Origin: Candidatus Woesearchaeota archaeon
GTDB lineage: Archaea; Nanobdellota; Nanobdellia; Pacearchaeales; JAHJTO01
NCBI GenBank assembly: GCA_964540065.1
Contig: CAZIKY010000004.1
Location: 16,306-80,305 of the forward strand
DNA length: 64,000 nt
Direction: 5' to 3'
Shown: positions 9,293-19,087 of the stretch, one piece after another
How positions within the stretch are numbered: position 1 is the stretch's first letter
Layout of the letters: each line of letters starts with the position of its first letter
Made by a program: the position numbers and the translations under genes
The notes under the pieces: generated by a model
What the model was told of the DNA's origin: nothing
Database searches by the model: none
Seen by the model: only the letters and a program-made list of their open reading frames with translations

Positions 9293-10012
9293 ATGTTAAA
9301 AAAGATTGTGAGGAAGGTTTTTTCGAATAAGACTTTGTATTATCCCGGATGCCTTAACAAGAATGTCACTACAGACATAAATCAGAACTATCAGGAGATT
9401 TTGAAGAAGCTGGGATATGAGTTTATCATGATTGATGAGATGCTTTGTGCCGGGAATCCTGTTCTTAACGCTGGCTACAAGGATGATTTTGAAGCCTTGA
9501 AGAGCCATAATCTTGAGCTTTTGGATAAATATGGGATTTCAAGAATTATCACCGGTTGTGCTGGAAGCTTGAAGGCTTTCAAGCAGGATTATGGCTTGGA
9601 AAGCCATGGGATTGAAGTTCTTCATGTCTATGAAGCCATTGCAAAGAGGGTGGATAAAGTGATGGACAAGTTTAAGAAAGGAGGGGCTCCAAGAGTCACT
9701 TTTCATGATAACTGCTCTCTTGGAAGGTACTGCGGGGTTTATGATGAGCCAAGGAAACTTATCATCGCCGCGGGATATGGGCTCGAGGAGTTTGCAAGGA
9801 AAAGAGATAAAGCCGACTGCTGCGGAATTTGCGGAGGGGTTAAAGCTAATTTCCCGCAGGTCGCAAACGACATGGCAAAACAGCTTGTAAAGAAATGCAA
9901 GACAGGAACGATTGTGGCTGCTTCACCTTCATGCTATCTTCATCTTAAAGAAAATGCTCCAGATATTCAAGTGGTCGAAGTAAGCCAGCTGATAAGGGAT
10001 GCTATAATTTAG
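9293..10012 (+). CDS. cysteine-rich (CCG) domain Fe-S protein, GlcF/LutA/HdrD-like
   Basis: 239 aa with two CCG-type Cys clusters (YYPGC..., FHDNCS..., ADCCGICGG, ASPSC). Confidence 0.7.
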   Translation: MLKKIVRKVFSNKTLYYPGCLNKNVTTDINQNYQEILKKLGYEFIMIDEMLCAGNPVLNAGYKDDFEALKSHNLELLDKYGISRIITGCAGSLKAFKQDYGLESHGIEVLHVYEAIAKRVDKVMDKFKKGGAPRVTFHDNCSLGRYCGVYDEPRKLIIAAGYGLEEFARKRDKADCCGICGGVKANFPQVANDMAKQLVKKCKTGTIVAASPSCYLHLKENAPDIQVVEVSQLIRDAII

Positions 10013-10037
10013 GGGGTTAGGATAAAAGATAAAGAAC

Positions 10038-11198
10038 ATGACATTTGATCCGGAAATTTTCAGGAAAGTATGCCAAACAAGCATTTCTCTAGGGGAGAAA
10101 GCAGTTTATTCTACAGACTCGAGCGGGATTAAGGGAGAAGCTCTTGCAATTTTATGGCCTACAGATTATGAACAGCTTAAGCAAGTAATAAGGCTTGCTT
10201 CAAGAGATGGAATCCCGGTAGTTCCAAGAGGCGGAGGAACTTCGCTTGTCGGAGGGGCAGTTCCCAACAAAGGGGTAGTTCTTGATCTTTCCAGGCTTAA
10301 TAAAATAAAGAAACTTTATATGGGGGATAAGCTGGCTGTTGTTCAGAGTGGAGTAGTTTTGGATAAGCTCAATGAAGCCTTAGCTGAATTTAATCTTGAA
10401 TTTCCAGTGGTTCCTGATTCTCATACTTCATGCACTATCGGCGGAATGATTGCCACAAATGCCGCAGGATTGCTGCCTTCCAGAATGGCTTTCATAAAGG
10501 AATGGGTTAAGGACGTCACTTTCATGGATGGAACTGGAAAAGTCTATACCCTCGAAGGAAATGAGGCAAGGAGATTTATCGGGACTGAAGGATGCAGCGG
10601 AGTGATTATGGAAGCAACTCTTAAGCTTACCGACAGAAAGAACTATTCCACAGATCTTTTCAAATTTTCAGACCTTCATGCTTTGATGGCAAAAGTTCAG
10701 GAGCTTTCCAATGACAAGAATGTCGCAGCGGTAGAATATATCAATAAAGCCGCTTCAAGCCTCGTAGGGCTTGGGGGGAATGAGCACCTTCTTGTAAAAT
10801 ATTCGGATAACCGCGGAGCAATAGATCCGGCGGAGGCCGAAGATCTTTGGCAGATGCATGATAATTTTTACTCTATGCTTTCTGAAGCAGGATATCCCCG
10901 CGCAGAAGATGTTCTTTTTGAGAAAGATTCAGACAAGTTCATCGATTGGGTGAATAAGCAGGAAATTCCCTGCTACGGAAAGATCGCGATTGGATCTCTG
11001 CATCCGCATTTGAAAAATGCAGATGAGGTTGACAAGATTGCTTCCGTTGTTAATGAGCTTAAGGGCAAGATGGTTGGGATACATGGTGTTGGAATGCTGC
11101 GAAAGAAGTATACCCCTCTGGGAGCTTCCCAGAATCTTAAAGAGTTTAAAGCTAAGTATGATCCCAAAAATATATTAAATAGGGGGAAAGTGATATAA
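10038..11198 (+). CDS. FAD-linked oxidase (GlcD / D-lactate dehydrogenase-like)
   Basis: 386 aa with the PCMH-type FAD-binding signature [16 protein letters not shown]. Adjacent to the CCG protein and a ferredoxin. Confidence 0.8.
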   Translation: MTFDPEIFRKVCQTSISLGEKAVYSTDSSGIKGEALAILWPTDYEQLKQVIRLASRDGIPVVPRGGGTSLVGGAVPNKGVVLDLSRLNKIKKLYMGDKLAVVQSGVVLDKLNEALAEFNLEFPVVPDSHTSCTIGGMIATNAAGLLPSRMAFIKEWVKDVTFMDGTGKVYTLEGNEARRFIGTEGCSGVIMEATLKLTDRKNYSTDLFKFSDLHALMAKVQELSNDKNVAAVEYINKAASSLVGLGGNEHLLVKYSDNRGAIDPAEAEDLWQMHDNFYSMLSEAGYPRAEDVLFEKDSDKFIDWVNKQEIPCYGKIAIGSLHPHLKNADEVDKIASVVNELKGKMVGIHGVGMLRKKYTPLGASQNLKEFKAKYDPKNILNRGKVI

Positions 11199-11202
11199 TA
11201 AA

Positions 11203-11586
11203 ATGGAAGAAATGAACATAAAAGCATCAGATATTCCTGTGGCGAAGTTTGAAACTAAATGCACGACATGCGGGCTTTGCAAGCCGACTTGTCCTGCTTA
11301 CAATGTTCTTCTTGATGAAGCGGTAAGCCCAAGAGGCAAAGTTGTGTTAATGAAGGAGAATGTTCTTTCAAATCATCTTTATCTTTGCACGCTCTGCAAG
11401 GCATGTGAGGTTTTCTGCTCGGTTCCAGGAATAGATGTTGTAAACAACGTCAGGAAAGCAAGAGAAGAAATGGTAAGGGCAGGAAAAGAGACTGAGGCCG
11501 GAAAGAGAATGATTGATAATATAAGGAAATATGGTGTTGCAGTTTTGAGCCCTCAAAACGGAAGAACAGAAATTTTCTGCTGCTGA
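11203..11586 (+). CDS. 2x[4Fe-4S] ferredoxin-domain protein
   Basis: 127 aa with two Cys clusters: [12 protein letters not shown] and [11 protein letters not shown]. Confidence 0.65.
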   Translation: MEEMNIKASDIPVAKFETKCTTCGLCKPTCPAYNVLLDEAVSPRGKVVLMKENVLSNHLYLCTLCKACEVFCSVPGIDVVNNVRKAREEMVRAGKETEAGKRMIDNIRKYGVAVLSPQNGRTEIFCC

Positions 11587-11597
11587 TGCTTAGAATC

Positions 11598-12011
11598 TTA
11601 GTGATAATCTTTAACTAGGTCCATTACTTTTATAGAATATCCATTTGCTTTAAGCCCTTTATCCCAAACATCAAATTCTTTTAGAGTGTCTATAACGACT
11701 AAGGTGTCCAATGGGAGAAGTTGCTTGAATCTTTCCATATGGCCTTTATCGTGCCTTGTTCCAGAAACTCTTGGGAAGACCCCTGCCCAAAATACATCAT
11801 TCCTTCTTATTTCCAGATATTGCTTGTAACCTTCAGCAGAAAATATCAATCTTTCATAGCAGGGATCGTAGCCTCTTTCCTGCAGATTTTGCTGCAAGCT
11901 ATCTATTAATGATAAAATGCTCTTGTAACCTGTATGTATTGGATTGCCTTGTGCAGCCCTTGCAATATCGTGCTCAAAAGTTATTGTGGCTCTTCTAATC
12001 TTCGGCGCCAT
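11598..12011 (-). CDS. hypothetical protein
   Basis: 137-aa ORF in a compact minus-strand block; no recognised motif. Confidence 0.4.
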   Translation of the reverse strand: MAPKIRRATITFEHDIARAAQGNPIHTGYKSILSLIDSLQQNLQERGYDPCYERLIFSAEGYKQYLEIRRNDVFWAGVFPRVSGTRHDKGHMERFKQLLPLDTLVVIDTLKEFDVWDKGLKANGYSIKVMDLVKDYH

Positions 12012-12359
12012 CTATTCCTCTCCCAAGTTTAATGCCTGTTCAGGATCAAACTCGTCAAAAATAATTCTTTTCTTGAATCTGCCCCTCTGCTTTGCCTTAT
12101 CCTTTCTCATTTTTTCAAGCTCTCTTGCGCTTAATCCCTTGAATTCAGACATCGCGTGGCAAAGCTCTATTATATCTATGAGGTCTTCAGCCTTTATTCC
12201 CTTTTTTAGCTTGCCCACTTCAAGCTCTAGCTTTTTGACTAGCTCTTCAGAATATTCCTGGTCATCTGCGATATGCATCGGCCTGTGCTCATATATTTCG
12301 TGAATCTTATCACGAACAAGCTTTTTCTTTATCATTTGATCAGAATTATCTTGATTCAA
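12012..12359 (-). CDS. MazG-like nucleotide pyrophosphohydrolase (all-alpha NTP-PPase) candidate
   Basis: 115 aa. EELVKKLELEVGKLKK ... EDLIDIIELCHAMSE resembles the MazG/HisE EExxE...D motif. Confidence 0.45.
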   Translation of the reverse strand: MNQDNSDQMIKKKLVRDKIHEIYEHRPMHIADDQEYSEELVKKLELEVGKLKKGIKAEDLIDIIELCHAMSEFKGLSARELEKMRKDKAKQRGRFKKRIIFDEFDPEQALNLGEE

Positions 12360-12690
12360 GCGCTTTTTCCAAAGCGCTTAACATTGCCTTCCTATCTTTT
12401 TCTTTGAAATCATCACATGGCTGTGCATTAAGGATATCAGAATAATGATTCCTTAAAATGGGCAATACTATGCCGCTCATGCCCTGCTTTTTTCCCTCAT
12501 CTGTAAGGAACATAACTCCATAAGGCAAAGGCTCTTTGGATAGATCTACCCTCTTGCCGTTTTTGCTTTCATAAAACATGAATGTGTGTACAGGGCCTTT
12601 GTGGTAAGTCAAAGTGCCCGAACTTATCTCTAAATCGTAGTTGTCTCCATTGCTGGACTTCCAACCTGCTGCAATTTCAAGTAAAACCAT
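12346..12690 (-). CDS. hypothetical protein (paralog of 12738-13082)
   Basis: 114 aa. SGTLTYHKGPVHTFMFYESK aligns with GGTLTAFYHPVDSTYHLSFFHNQK of the neighbouring ORF. Confidence 0.4.
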   Translation of the reverse strand: MVLLEIAAGWKSSNGDNYDLEISSGTLTYHKGPVHTFMFYESKNGKRVDLSKEPLPYGVMFLTDEGKKQGMSGIVLPILRNHYSDILNAQPCDDFKEKDRKAMLSALEKALESR

Positions 12691-12737
12691 TTTAATATTA
12701 AGGGCTGTAAAAAGTCTTTTATAAATCTTTTGCCGAT

Positions 12738-13082
12738 TTATTCTGCAGCATTATTCAGCTGCTCGATTATTTTCTCCAAGCCGTCAGAAAGCTGGCTTGG
12801 GAAGTTTGGGAAGCTTTTTGCTTCCTTCAATAGTTCTGGAAGAACTTTTTTAGCCTCGCCATAAAAAGAGAATACACCATACTTGGAATATGTGGCCCCG
12901 CCGTATCCTCCATTGCTGTTTTCCCCAAGTTTTTGGTTATGGAAAAAGCTTAAGTGATAAGTGGAATCTACTGGATGATAGAAAGCAGTCAGTGTTCCAC
13001 CATCCATCCTTGCAGTATATGTGTCAAAGGTCCTTTTATTATTCTTAAGCCATATCCTTTCAGGTTTTTCGTGGTGGCCCAT
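12738..13082 (-). CDS. hypothetical protein (paralog of 12346-12690)
   Basis: 114-aa ORF, see previous entry. Confidence 0.4.
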   Translation of the reverse strand: MGHHEKPERIWLKNNKRTFDTYTARMDGGTLTAFYHPVDSTYHLSFFHNQKLGENSNGGYGGATYSKYGVFSFYGEAKKVLPELLKEAKSFPNFPSQLSDGLEKIIEQLNNAAE

Positions 13083-13154
13083 GCTTTTTTCCTCAATGAA
13101 AGGTTATTGGCAGGGTTTTTATCCTTTTGTAGAGTGGAATATATTATAATAAAA

Positions 13155-13565
13155 TTATAGAAGAACAAGCACAAAGATAGCTATTGTCACCGCTGCACTT
13201 GCGAGGCAATATTCGCATATTTTCTTTAAAACTCCAAGCTGGACGTAAACCAGGTAAACTGAGAAGATTGATGCTCCTCCGCTGGAAAGGACCTTAGCCC
13301 AGTAGACAAAAGCTTCCGGCCCAAAGTAGAAGCTTGGGTTTACCATAACAATTATTGAATAAATCGCTACGAAGCCGTAATAGATCAATCCCAGGATGGT
13401 ATTGTCAAATCCAAAGAGCTCTCCAAATTTGCTTGTGACAACTTCATTGCATTTGTTATCTCCAATCATGCAAACGAGGGGTTTCTTCTGCTTTTTCTTG
13501 AAAAGAATGTAGGCAGAGATAAGAATTCCTGCGATCGCAAGAATTAGAAGCCAAGGTTCATACAT
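13155..13565 (-). CDS. vitamin K epoxide reductase (VKOR) family membrane protein
   Basis: 136-aa polytopic membrane protein with a loop Cys pair (CMIGDNKC) and a C-terminal CEYC (CxxC) in a TM helix. Confidence 0.6.
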   Translation of the reverse strand: MYEPWLLILAIAGILISAYILFKKKQKKPLVCMIGDNKCNEVVTSKFGELFGFDNTILGLIYYGFVAIYSIIVMVNPSFYFGPEAFVYWAKVLSSGGASIFSVYLVYVQLGVLKKICEYCLASAAVTIAIFVLVLL

Positions 13566-13576
13566 TTTGTTTAAAT

Positions 13577-13951
13577 TTACCAGCCGAACAAAGCATCAAC
13601 TGAGAATGCTCCGCCGCCCAATGCTAAGAGGGCTAGAGCAGTTAAAAGCAAAGTAAGATCTAATTCCCATCCGGTGCCCTTATCTGTTGTGAAAGGAGCT
13701 TTCCACTGGAATTTCTTTTTGTAAGTTGCTCCAAGCATGATTACTGCAAGGCCTATTGCAGACAGCTGAGTCAAGAAACCGGAAAGCATAGATAATGCTC
13801 CCAGGGTTTCACATACTCCAAGGAATTTGAAGAATCCAGGCATTTTTTTCCAGTTCTTCAGTTTTGAAGAACCGTGAACAAAGAAAACTGAAGCTAATGC
13901 TAGCCTTAAAGCCAAAAGTCCCCAATTTTCCAATCCTAAATTAAGTAACAT
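13577..13951 (-). CDS. DoxX family membrane protein
   Basis: 124 aa, 4 TM. N-terminal LLALRLALASVFFVHGSSKL is typical of DoxX. Confidence 0.65.
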   Translation of the reverse strand: MLLNLGLENWGLLALRLALASVFFVHGSSKLKNWKKMPGFFKFLGVCETLGALSMLSGFLTQLSAIGLAVIMLGATYKKKFQWKAPFTTDKGTGWELDLTLLLTALALLALGGGAFSVDALFGW

Positions 13952-14016
13952 CTCTTCCCCTTTTACCTTTTTTATAGAGCAAAGAGATATTTAAACCTTG
14001 CTTCCCAAGTAGCTTT

Positions 14017-14379
14017 ATGAAAGCACTTTCATTGAAACAGCCTTTCGCAGAGCTTATCCTCCAAGGGAGGAAGAAGATTGAGCTGAGGAAGTGGAACACT
14101 AAATTCAGGGGAGAGTTTCTGATTCATTCTTCCAAAGTTCCCGATAAAAAAGCAATGAAAGAGTTTGGATTTTCTGATCTGCCTTGCGGATATATCCTGG
14201 GCAAGGCGAAACTTGTTGATGTTAAAAAGTATGGAAGTGAGGAAGAACATCAGAAAGACAGAAATCTTCATCTTGCTTCAAAGGCTTGGGGGAAATATGG
14301 TTTCGTTCTAGAAGAGGTCAAAAGATTAAAACCAGTCCTTGCAAAAGGAAAGCTCAACTTTTGGGAATTTGAGCTTTAG
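14017..14379 (+). CDS. ASCH domain protein (PUA-like fold)
   Basis: 120 aa with LSLKQPFAELILQGRKKIELRKW. Confidence 0.6.
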   Translation: MKALSLKQPFAELILQGRKKIELRKWNTKFRGEFLIHSSKVPDKKAMKEFGFSDLPCGYILGKAKLVDVKKYGSEEEHQKDRNLHLASKAWGKYGFVLEEVKRLKPVLAKGKLNFWEFEL

Positions 14380-14384
14380 ACTTC

Positions 14385-15032
14385 TTAGAGTTTCTTAGTA
14401 ACGCCCTGTTTGGGGCAGAATTTATTTACCGGACATTGGCTGCATGATGGAACTGGAGCTTTGCATATTGCTCTTCCATGCGCCTTAAGAAGCCAAGGAA
14501 GTTTTTTCCACTCAGACTTTGGAAGGATCTGCATGAGCTGCTTCTCAGATTTTTCGGCATTTTTGTCTGTGTCAGTCCATCCCAGTCTATAAGAAACCCT
14601 CAAGACATGAGTGTCAACAACTATTCCCTCTATGATGTCATAAGCATTCTGCATGATGACATTAGCCGTCTTCTTTCCTATTCCTGGGAGCTCGGTAAGC
14701 TCTTCTACGGTTCTCGGAATCTTTCCTTTGTGCTTTTCTGCCAGAATTTTACAAGCTTCCTTGATATGCTTGGCTTTGTTTCCCGCGAAAGTTATGTTCT
14801 TGATATACTCCAACAGATCATCAATTTCCGCTTTGGCATAATCTTCTGCAGTCTTGTATTTCTTGAACAAAGCAGGAGTTGAAGCATTAACGGCCTCGTC
14901 CCTTACTTGCGCAGAAAGAATTGCAGCCACAAGCAGCTCTAAGGGTGTGGAGTAATCTAGGTAATATTTGAGCTTGGGATATTTTGAATGGAGAATTTTT
15001 AGAACTTCTTTAATATTCTCCCCTTCTTTCAT
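14385..15032 (-). CDS. nth: endonuclease III (Nth), HhH-GPD DNA glycosylase with [4Fe-4S]
   Basis: 215 aa with the HhH-GPD motif (LTELPGIGKKTANVIM...D) and a C-terminal CxxxxxxCxxCxxxxxC cluster. Confidence 0.9.
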   Translation of the reverse strand: MKEGENIKEVLKILHSKYPKLKYYLDYSTPLELLVAAILSAQVRDEAVNASTPALFKKYKTAEDYAKAEIDDLLEYIKNITFAGNKAKHIKEACKILAEKHKGKIPRTVEELTELPGIGKKTANVIMQNAYDIIEGIVVDTHVLRVSYRLGWTDTDKNAEKSEKQLMQILPKSEWKKLPWLLKAHGRAICKAPVPSCSQCPVNKFCPKQGVTKKL

Positions 15033-15087
15033 ATCTTTTACAAGAAAAAGGCCTTAAAATTCCTTTCGGATACTACAGATTCAAGAA

Positions 15088-15354
15088 TCAGTAATTGAGG
15101 ATCTCAACAAATCCTGATTTAATCTTGCATTGGCATGCAAGTCTCTTTTTTGGATCATTTCCTGTGAGATCATGCTCATTGTTATTTTTCGGCATCAGAT
15201 TTTCTGAACCTTCTCCAATCTGAAGGCGGCATGTTCCGCAGTAGCCATCTTCGCACCCGAAAAGAACTCCTGTTTCTTCGCATACACCCTTTATGGGACT
15301 TCCATCTTCGACTTCCAATTCTTTGTCAGACTCTTTAAAGATCAATTTTGCCAT
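15088..15354 (-). CDS. [2Fe-2S] ferredoxin-like protein
   Basis: 88 aa with CxxGxCGTC plus a C-terminal CQC. Confidence 0.55.
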   Translation of the reverse strand: MAKLIFKESDKELEVEDGSPIKGVCEETGVLFGCEDGYCGTCRLQIGEGSENLMPKNNNEHDLTGNDPKKRLACQCKIKSGFVEILNY

Positions 15355-15386
15355 TTTTAATCAACTTTTAATCAACTAGAAGAAAC

Positions 15387-15983
15387 TTAAAAGCCAACCG
15401 AGTTTCCGCATCTGCAGCTTTTAACAACATTAGGGTTTTCTATCTTAAAACCTGCTCCCTGAAGGCCGTCTATATAATCCACTTCTGCGCCGTTAAGATT
15501 TTCCTGATCGTCTTTTGAATAGAATAGGTTTACCCCATTTGATTCTACCTTTACTTCTTCTTTTCCAGCTTCTTTCTGGAATCCAAGAGTGTATTGATAG
15601 CCGCTGCATCCTCCAGGAACCATTCCCACCTTAAGGCCCCATCCTTCTTTCTTTTCTTTTTTAAGAAGCTCCTTGATTTTTTCTGATGCAACCTTGGTAA
15701 CTGAAACTTCCTTTATCTTAACCTTTTCATTTACGATATGATTAAGATCTTTAAGGAGGCTTTCAAGTTCATCTTCAGTCATTCCATGCCCCAGCGTGCC
15801 TTGCTCAAGGGTTTCAAAGGTTGAAGCGTGGCATCCTATGCAGCTCAAACCCGCATTTGACATGATTTGGGCAAGTTTCTGGGCTTTATTTGGAAACTTA
15901 TCGAAGATGTCTTGAATAGTGTCATTTCTAGTTATGGCATCCTTTGCCTGCCCCTTAACTTTATCCATATAAGCTGCTTTCAT
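15387..15983 (-). CDS. DUF1858 (hybrid-cluster-protein-associated redox disulfide domain) fused to IscA/HesB-type Fe-S insertion domain
   Basis: N-terminus TIQDIFDKFPNKAQKLAQIMSNAGLSCIGCHASTFETLEQG matches DUF1858. C-terminus GGCSGYQY...SCRCGNSVGF matches the HesB/IscA signature. Confidence 0.7.
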   Translation of the reverse strand: MKAAYMDKVKGQAKDAITRNDTIQDIFDKFPNKAQKLAQIMSNAGLSCIGCHASTFETLEQGTLGHGMTEDELESLLKDLNHIVNEKVKIKEVSVTKVASEKIKELLKKEKKEGWGLKVGMVPGGCSGYQYTLGFQKEAGKEEVKVESNGVNLFYSKDDQENLNGAEVDYIDGLQGAGFKIENPNVVKSCRCGNSVGF

Positions 15984-16019
15984 GATCTTCCTCCGAAATC
16001 ACAGTTTTTAATGTTTTCG

Positions 16020-16352
16020 CTATCTCTTTTTTGAGGTTACTTTGGAGACTTTTCTTTCCAGCTCAGACATAAATTTAGAGAATATCTTGTCCGCGAAAAC
16101 TATTGTCTTGTAGCTTCCAGCACCATAAGCTTCTCTCAGATCCCATCCTCTTGATATAAGATTGTGCAAGCTGGCTATCTTCATAGCTCTGCGATAATCT
16201 TTAGAATCTCCATTTAAGTATGGGGTCAAGTCATTATAGGCTTTTATTGCCAACTCTGTGAAATTTTCAACCGGCTGCCTGGTCCGAACTAAACGCATAA
16301 GTGAAATATACCTGTCAAAAACCTCTTTTTCTTTCGGCGAATATGTAGACAT
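16020..16352 (-). CDS. hypothetical protein
   Basis: 110-aa ORF. Confidence 0.4.
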   Translation of the reverse strand: MSTYSPKEKEVFDRYISLMRLVRTRQPVENFTELAIKAYNDLTPYLNGDSKDYRRAMKIASLHNLISRGWDLREAYGAGSYKTIVFADKIFSKFMSELERKVSKVTSKKR

Positions 16353-16413
16353 TCCAATAGTTCCGATTTTATTTTATAGATTTTTTATTTATTTTCTATT
16401 TATAAAACTATCC

Positions 16414-17397
16414 CTAAATTTTTATTATTTCTGATGCAGCTTTTCTGAGGCGATTCATCACTGCAAGGCCGATTTCTTTTTCATTGACACCTTCGGCAAT
16501 GATGATTTCCACGCCATCATAATCTTTTTCCCTGAGCATCCTGAAAAGGTTTTTCGCAGAATTTTTTAGATCTTCCCGATTCAGATGAAGTGTTGAAACT
16601 TTTTTCCGCTCTTTTTTGTATCTTAAAACCAATTCTTCAATCTTTTTTCTTGCGCTTGCCATTTCTCCTTCAACTAAGATTAATTTCCCTCTTGGAGAAT
16701 AATGTCTGTATTTCATTCCCGGAGATTTCACTTTTTCTCCAGCTGAATGCGATGAAATTTTTACTTCTCCAAGAACTTCTTTGAGCTGCTCAAGAGTTAC
16801 GCTTCCTGGCCGAAGCAAGGTCGGAATTTCTTCAGTCAAATCTACGACTGTTGATTCTAAGCCAACATCACAGTCTCCTCCGTCTACAACCAAAGGTATT
16901 TTTCCTTCAAAATCTTCAAGCACGTGCTTCGCATCTGTTGAGCTTGGTCTTCCTGAAATATTTGCGCTTGGAGCTGCAATTGGGGTGCCTGATTCTCTGA
17001 TGAGGGCAAGAGCGATTTTGTTTGAGGGCATTCTTGCTGCGACAGTGTCAAGGCCAGCCGTTATTTCATCAGGGATGACTGGTTTCTTCTTGAAAACTAT
17101 CGTTAAAGGCCCTGGCCAGAACTTATCAATTAATCTTTTGGCGTTAAGCGGAATCTCGCTTACAAGACCTTTCAAATCGCCAGCTTCTGCGATATGCATT
17201 ATAAGGGGATTATCTGAAGGCCTTCCTTTTACTTCAAATATTTTCCTGATCGCCTTTGGATTCAAGGCGTCTGCTCCGAGGCCGTAGACAGTTTCTGTCG
17301 GGAAAGCAACCACCTCCCCTCTTTTGATTAGTTCCGCAGCTTGCTTTATTTTATCTGGCTCTGGATTTTTAGGACTTATACTAATTATTTTTGTCAT
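16414..17397 (-). CDS. sua5: L-threonylcarbamoyladenylate synthase (Sua5/YrdC family, with Sua5 C-terminal domain)
   Basis: 327 aa with the YrdC signature (GEVVAFPTETVYGLGADALNP) plus a C-terminal Sua5 domain. Confidence 0.9.
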   Translation of the reverse strand: MTKIISISPKNPEPDKIKQAAELIKRGEVVAFPTETVYGLGADALNPKAIRKIFEVKGRPSDNPLIMHIAEAGDLKGLVSEIPLNAKRLIDKFWPGPLTIVFKKKPVIPDEITAGLDTVAARMPSNKIALALIRESGTPIAAPSANISGRPSSTDAKHVLEDFEGKIPLVVDGGDCDVGLESTVVDLTEEIPTLLRPGSVTLEQLKEVLGEVKISSHSAGEKVKSPGMKYRHYSPRGKLILVEGEMASARKKIEELVLRYKKERKKVSTLHLNREDLKNSAKNLFRMLREKDYDGVEIIIAEGVNEKEIGLAVMNRLRKAASEIIKI

Positions 17398-17398
17398 A

Positions 17399-18028
17399 TC
17401 AAATTTTTCTTATATATCTTGCAGGTATAGGATAAGTTACTCTCCCTTTTGTTGTGACTCTAAGCTCCACATCAATATTAGCATCTTTGTCCTCACCAAT
17501 TTCAGACTTTAGATCCACCCTTAAGAATCCATATTTTCGGTCTGTCCTGAATAAGTCATCAACATAAACCTTCTCCGTGTACATGCCCTTCCTGCCAAAA
17601 TAAACTGTCGGAAGCTTCTTTTCTCTTTCATCATCGTGCATTACTTCCAGATAATCTCCTTGAGGCATTTGAAGAACCATTTCCCTGAGACTTTTTCTTC
17701 TTCCAGGATGGTATCCGTTGTTTCTTGCGGCATTTCTTCTATCTTCAAGAGTCTTTCTCCTGTCTATTATAACTACCTGCTCCCGAGGCACATCCAACTC
17801 TTTCAAACCTCCGACTGTCTGGAGCTGAACTGTTGAGAATCTTCTTCCTTCAACGTGCGCCTTTAGAACTATTGGAACCAATTCTTGATCATTATACGGA
17901 TAAACTTTGGATTTTTCAATAATCTCTGTAAGCCTATTTCCTTTTCCGAAGGATATTGCACTCTCCCTGCGGTTAAAACCTCTCTCTGAGCTTACCTTCA
18001 AGAAAATTCCGTATTGGGGCTTCTCCAT
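17399..18028 (-). CDS. hypothetical protein (basic, possibly RNA-associated)
   Basis: 209 aa. Its stop is 2 nt from the sua5 start. No motif recognised. Confidence 0.45.
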   Translation of the reverse strand: MEKPQYGIFLKVSSERGFNRRESAISFGKGNRLTEIIEKSKVYPYNDQELVPIVLKAHVEGRRFSTVQLQTVGGLKELDVPREQVVIIDRRKTLEDRRNAARNNGYHPGRRKSLREMVLQMPQGDYLEVMHDDEREKKLPTVYFGRKGMYTEKVYVDDLFRTDRKYGFLRVDLKSEIGEDKDANIDVELRVTTKGRVTYPIPARYIRKI

Positions 18029-18125
18029 TTTATTTTAATCTTAATTTTTACCCTATTTTAAAGTTTAGGTGCGCGCTTTTTAGGATAATGGGAAGATATT
18101 TAACCCCCGGTTTGGGGAATTATTT

Positions 18126-18446
18126 ATGACTGCAGATGATAAATGGGGGCATGTTTACCTTACATTAGATGGAAAGCTTCATGATTTTCATGGGATGTCG
18201 GATCCGGCCCCTCCCAAAAACTGGATGGTTCATTATTACTATCGTGAAAATGATGGCCCGACTTATATGAGAAAAGGCCCTCAAAGGAGGTTGTGCTTAG
18301 AGTTTAATGGAAGATTTAGTTTAGATGAGGCTTCAAGTGTGATGAATAAGTACGGGCATAGGATAAAAGATAGCACTATCAGAGATAATTTGTATGATCT
18401 TGTTGAAGATAGAGAATTTTCAAGAGAGCTTGCAGAATCTAAATAG
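18126..18446 (+). CDS. hypothetical protein
   Basis: 106-aa ORF. Confidence 0.35.
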   Translation: MTADDKWGHVYLTLDGKLHDFHGMSDPAPPKNWMVHYYYRENDGPTYMRKGPQRRLCLEFNGRFSLDEASSVMNKYGHRIKDSTIRDNLYDLVEDREFSRELAESK

Positions 18447-18583
18447 ATTTTCTTAAGGTTTTGCAGATGTTAATCCTTTAATCGCATCAGAGTTTTTAAT
18501 ATAGTCAAGAATAGGGTTAATTGATCGAGTAAACTTGACTAAATTATTCTTAGCCTAAATCTGCTTCCCTTAGAAATGGCAAA

Positions 18584-19015
18584 CTAAGAGCCTACATTTA
18601 CCCTTACTGGGACCTCAACGTATTCTCCAGGAGGGTCTGTTCTGAATCGGATGAAGCCATCATTTGGCTCTGGGATTTGATACCTATAAGTAATCGTAAC
18701 AGTTGTAGATCCGGCGGGTCCGGAAGCAGGAGATACTTCAAAACCTTCACGAAGGCTTCCAAATCCTGGGGGCGTAGAGGTCCAAGCTGTTGAAGAAGTT
18801 ATGACTATGTTCTGAAAAACTGTGCAGTACTCTGGATAGCAGTCACCGCTCGTCGTCATTATGACTGATTCTGGATTTGCTGTAATTTTTGGGGCAGCAG
18901 TTATTGTAACTTCCTCCGACCTTTCACCCACTACAACCTCTTGAGAACCGCATCCATTTATACCTGTTAAAAATATCAAAGATAAAACGACAAGGGCGAT
19001 CATCCACTTTTTCAT
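18584..19015 (-). CDS. secreted / lipobox-like small protein
   Basis: 143 aa with a signal peptide and lipobox-like LTGINGCGS. Confidence 0.45.
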   Translation of the reverse strand: MKKWMIALVVLSLIFLTGINGCGSQEVVVGERSEEVTITAAPKITANPESVIMTTSGDCYPEYCTVFQNIVITSSTAWTSTPPGFGSLREGFEVSPASGPAGSTTVTITYRYQIPEPNDGFIRFRTDPPGEYVEVPVRVNVGS

Positions 19016-19087
19016 AAATGATCAAACAAATCCTATAATTTAAACCTTTTTATTAAATAAAAAGGCTCAAATCGCATAAGGGCTACA

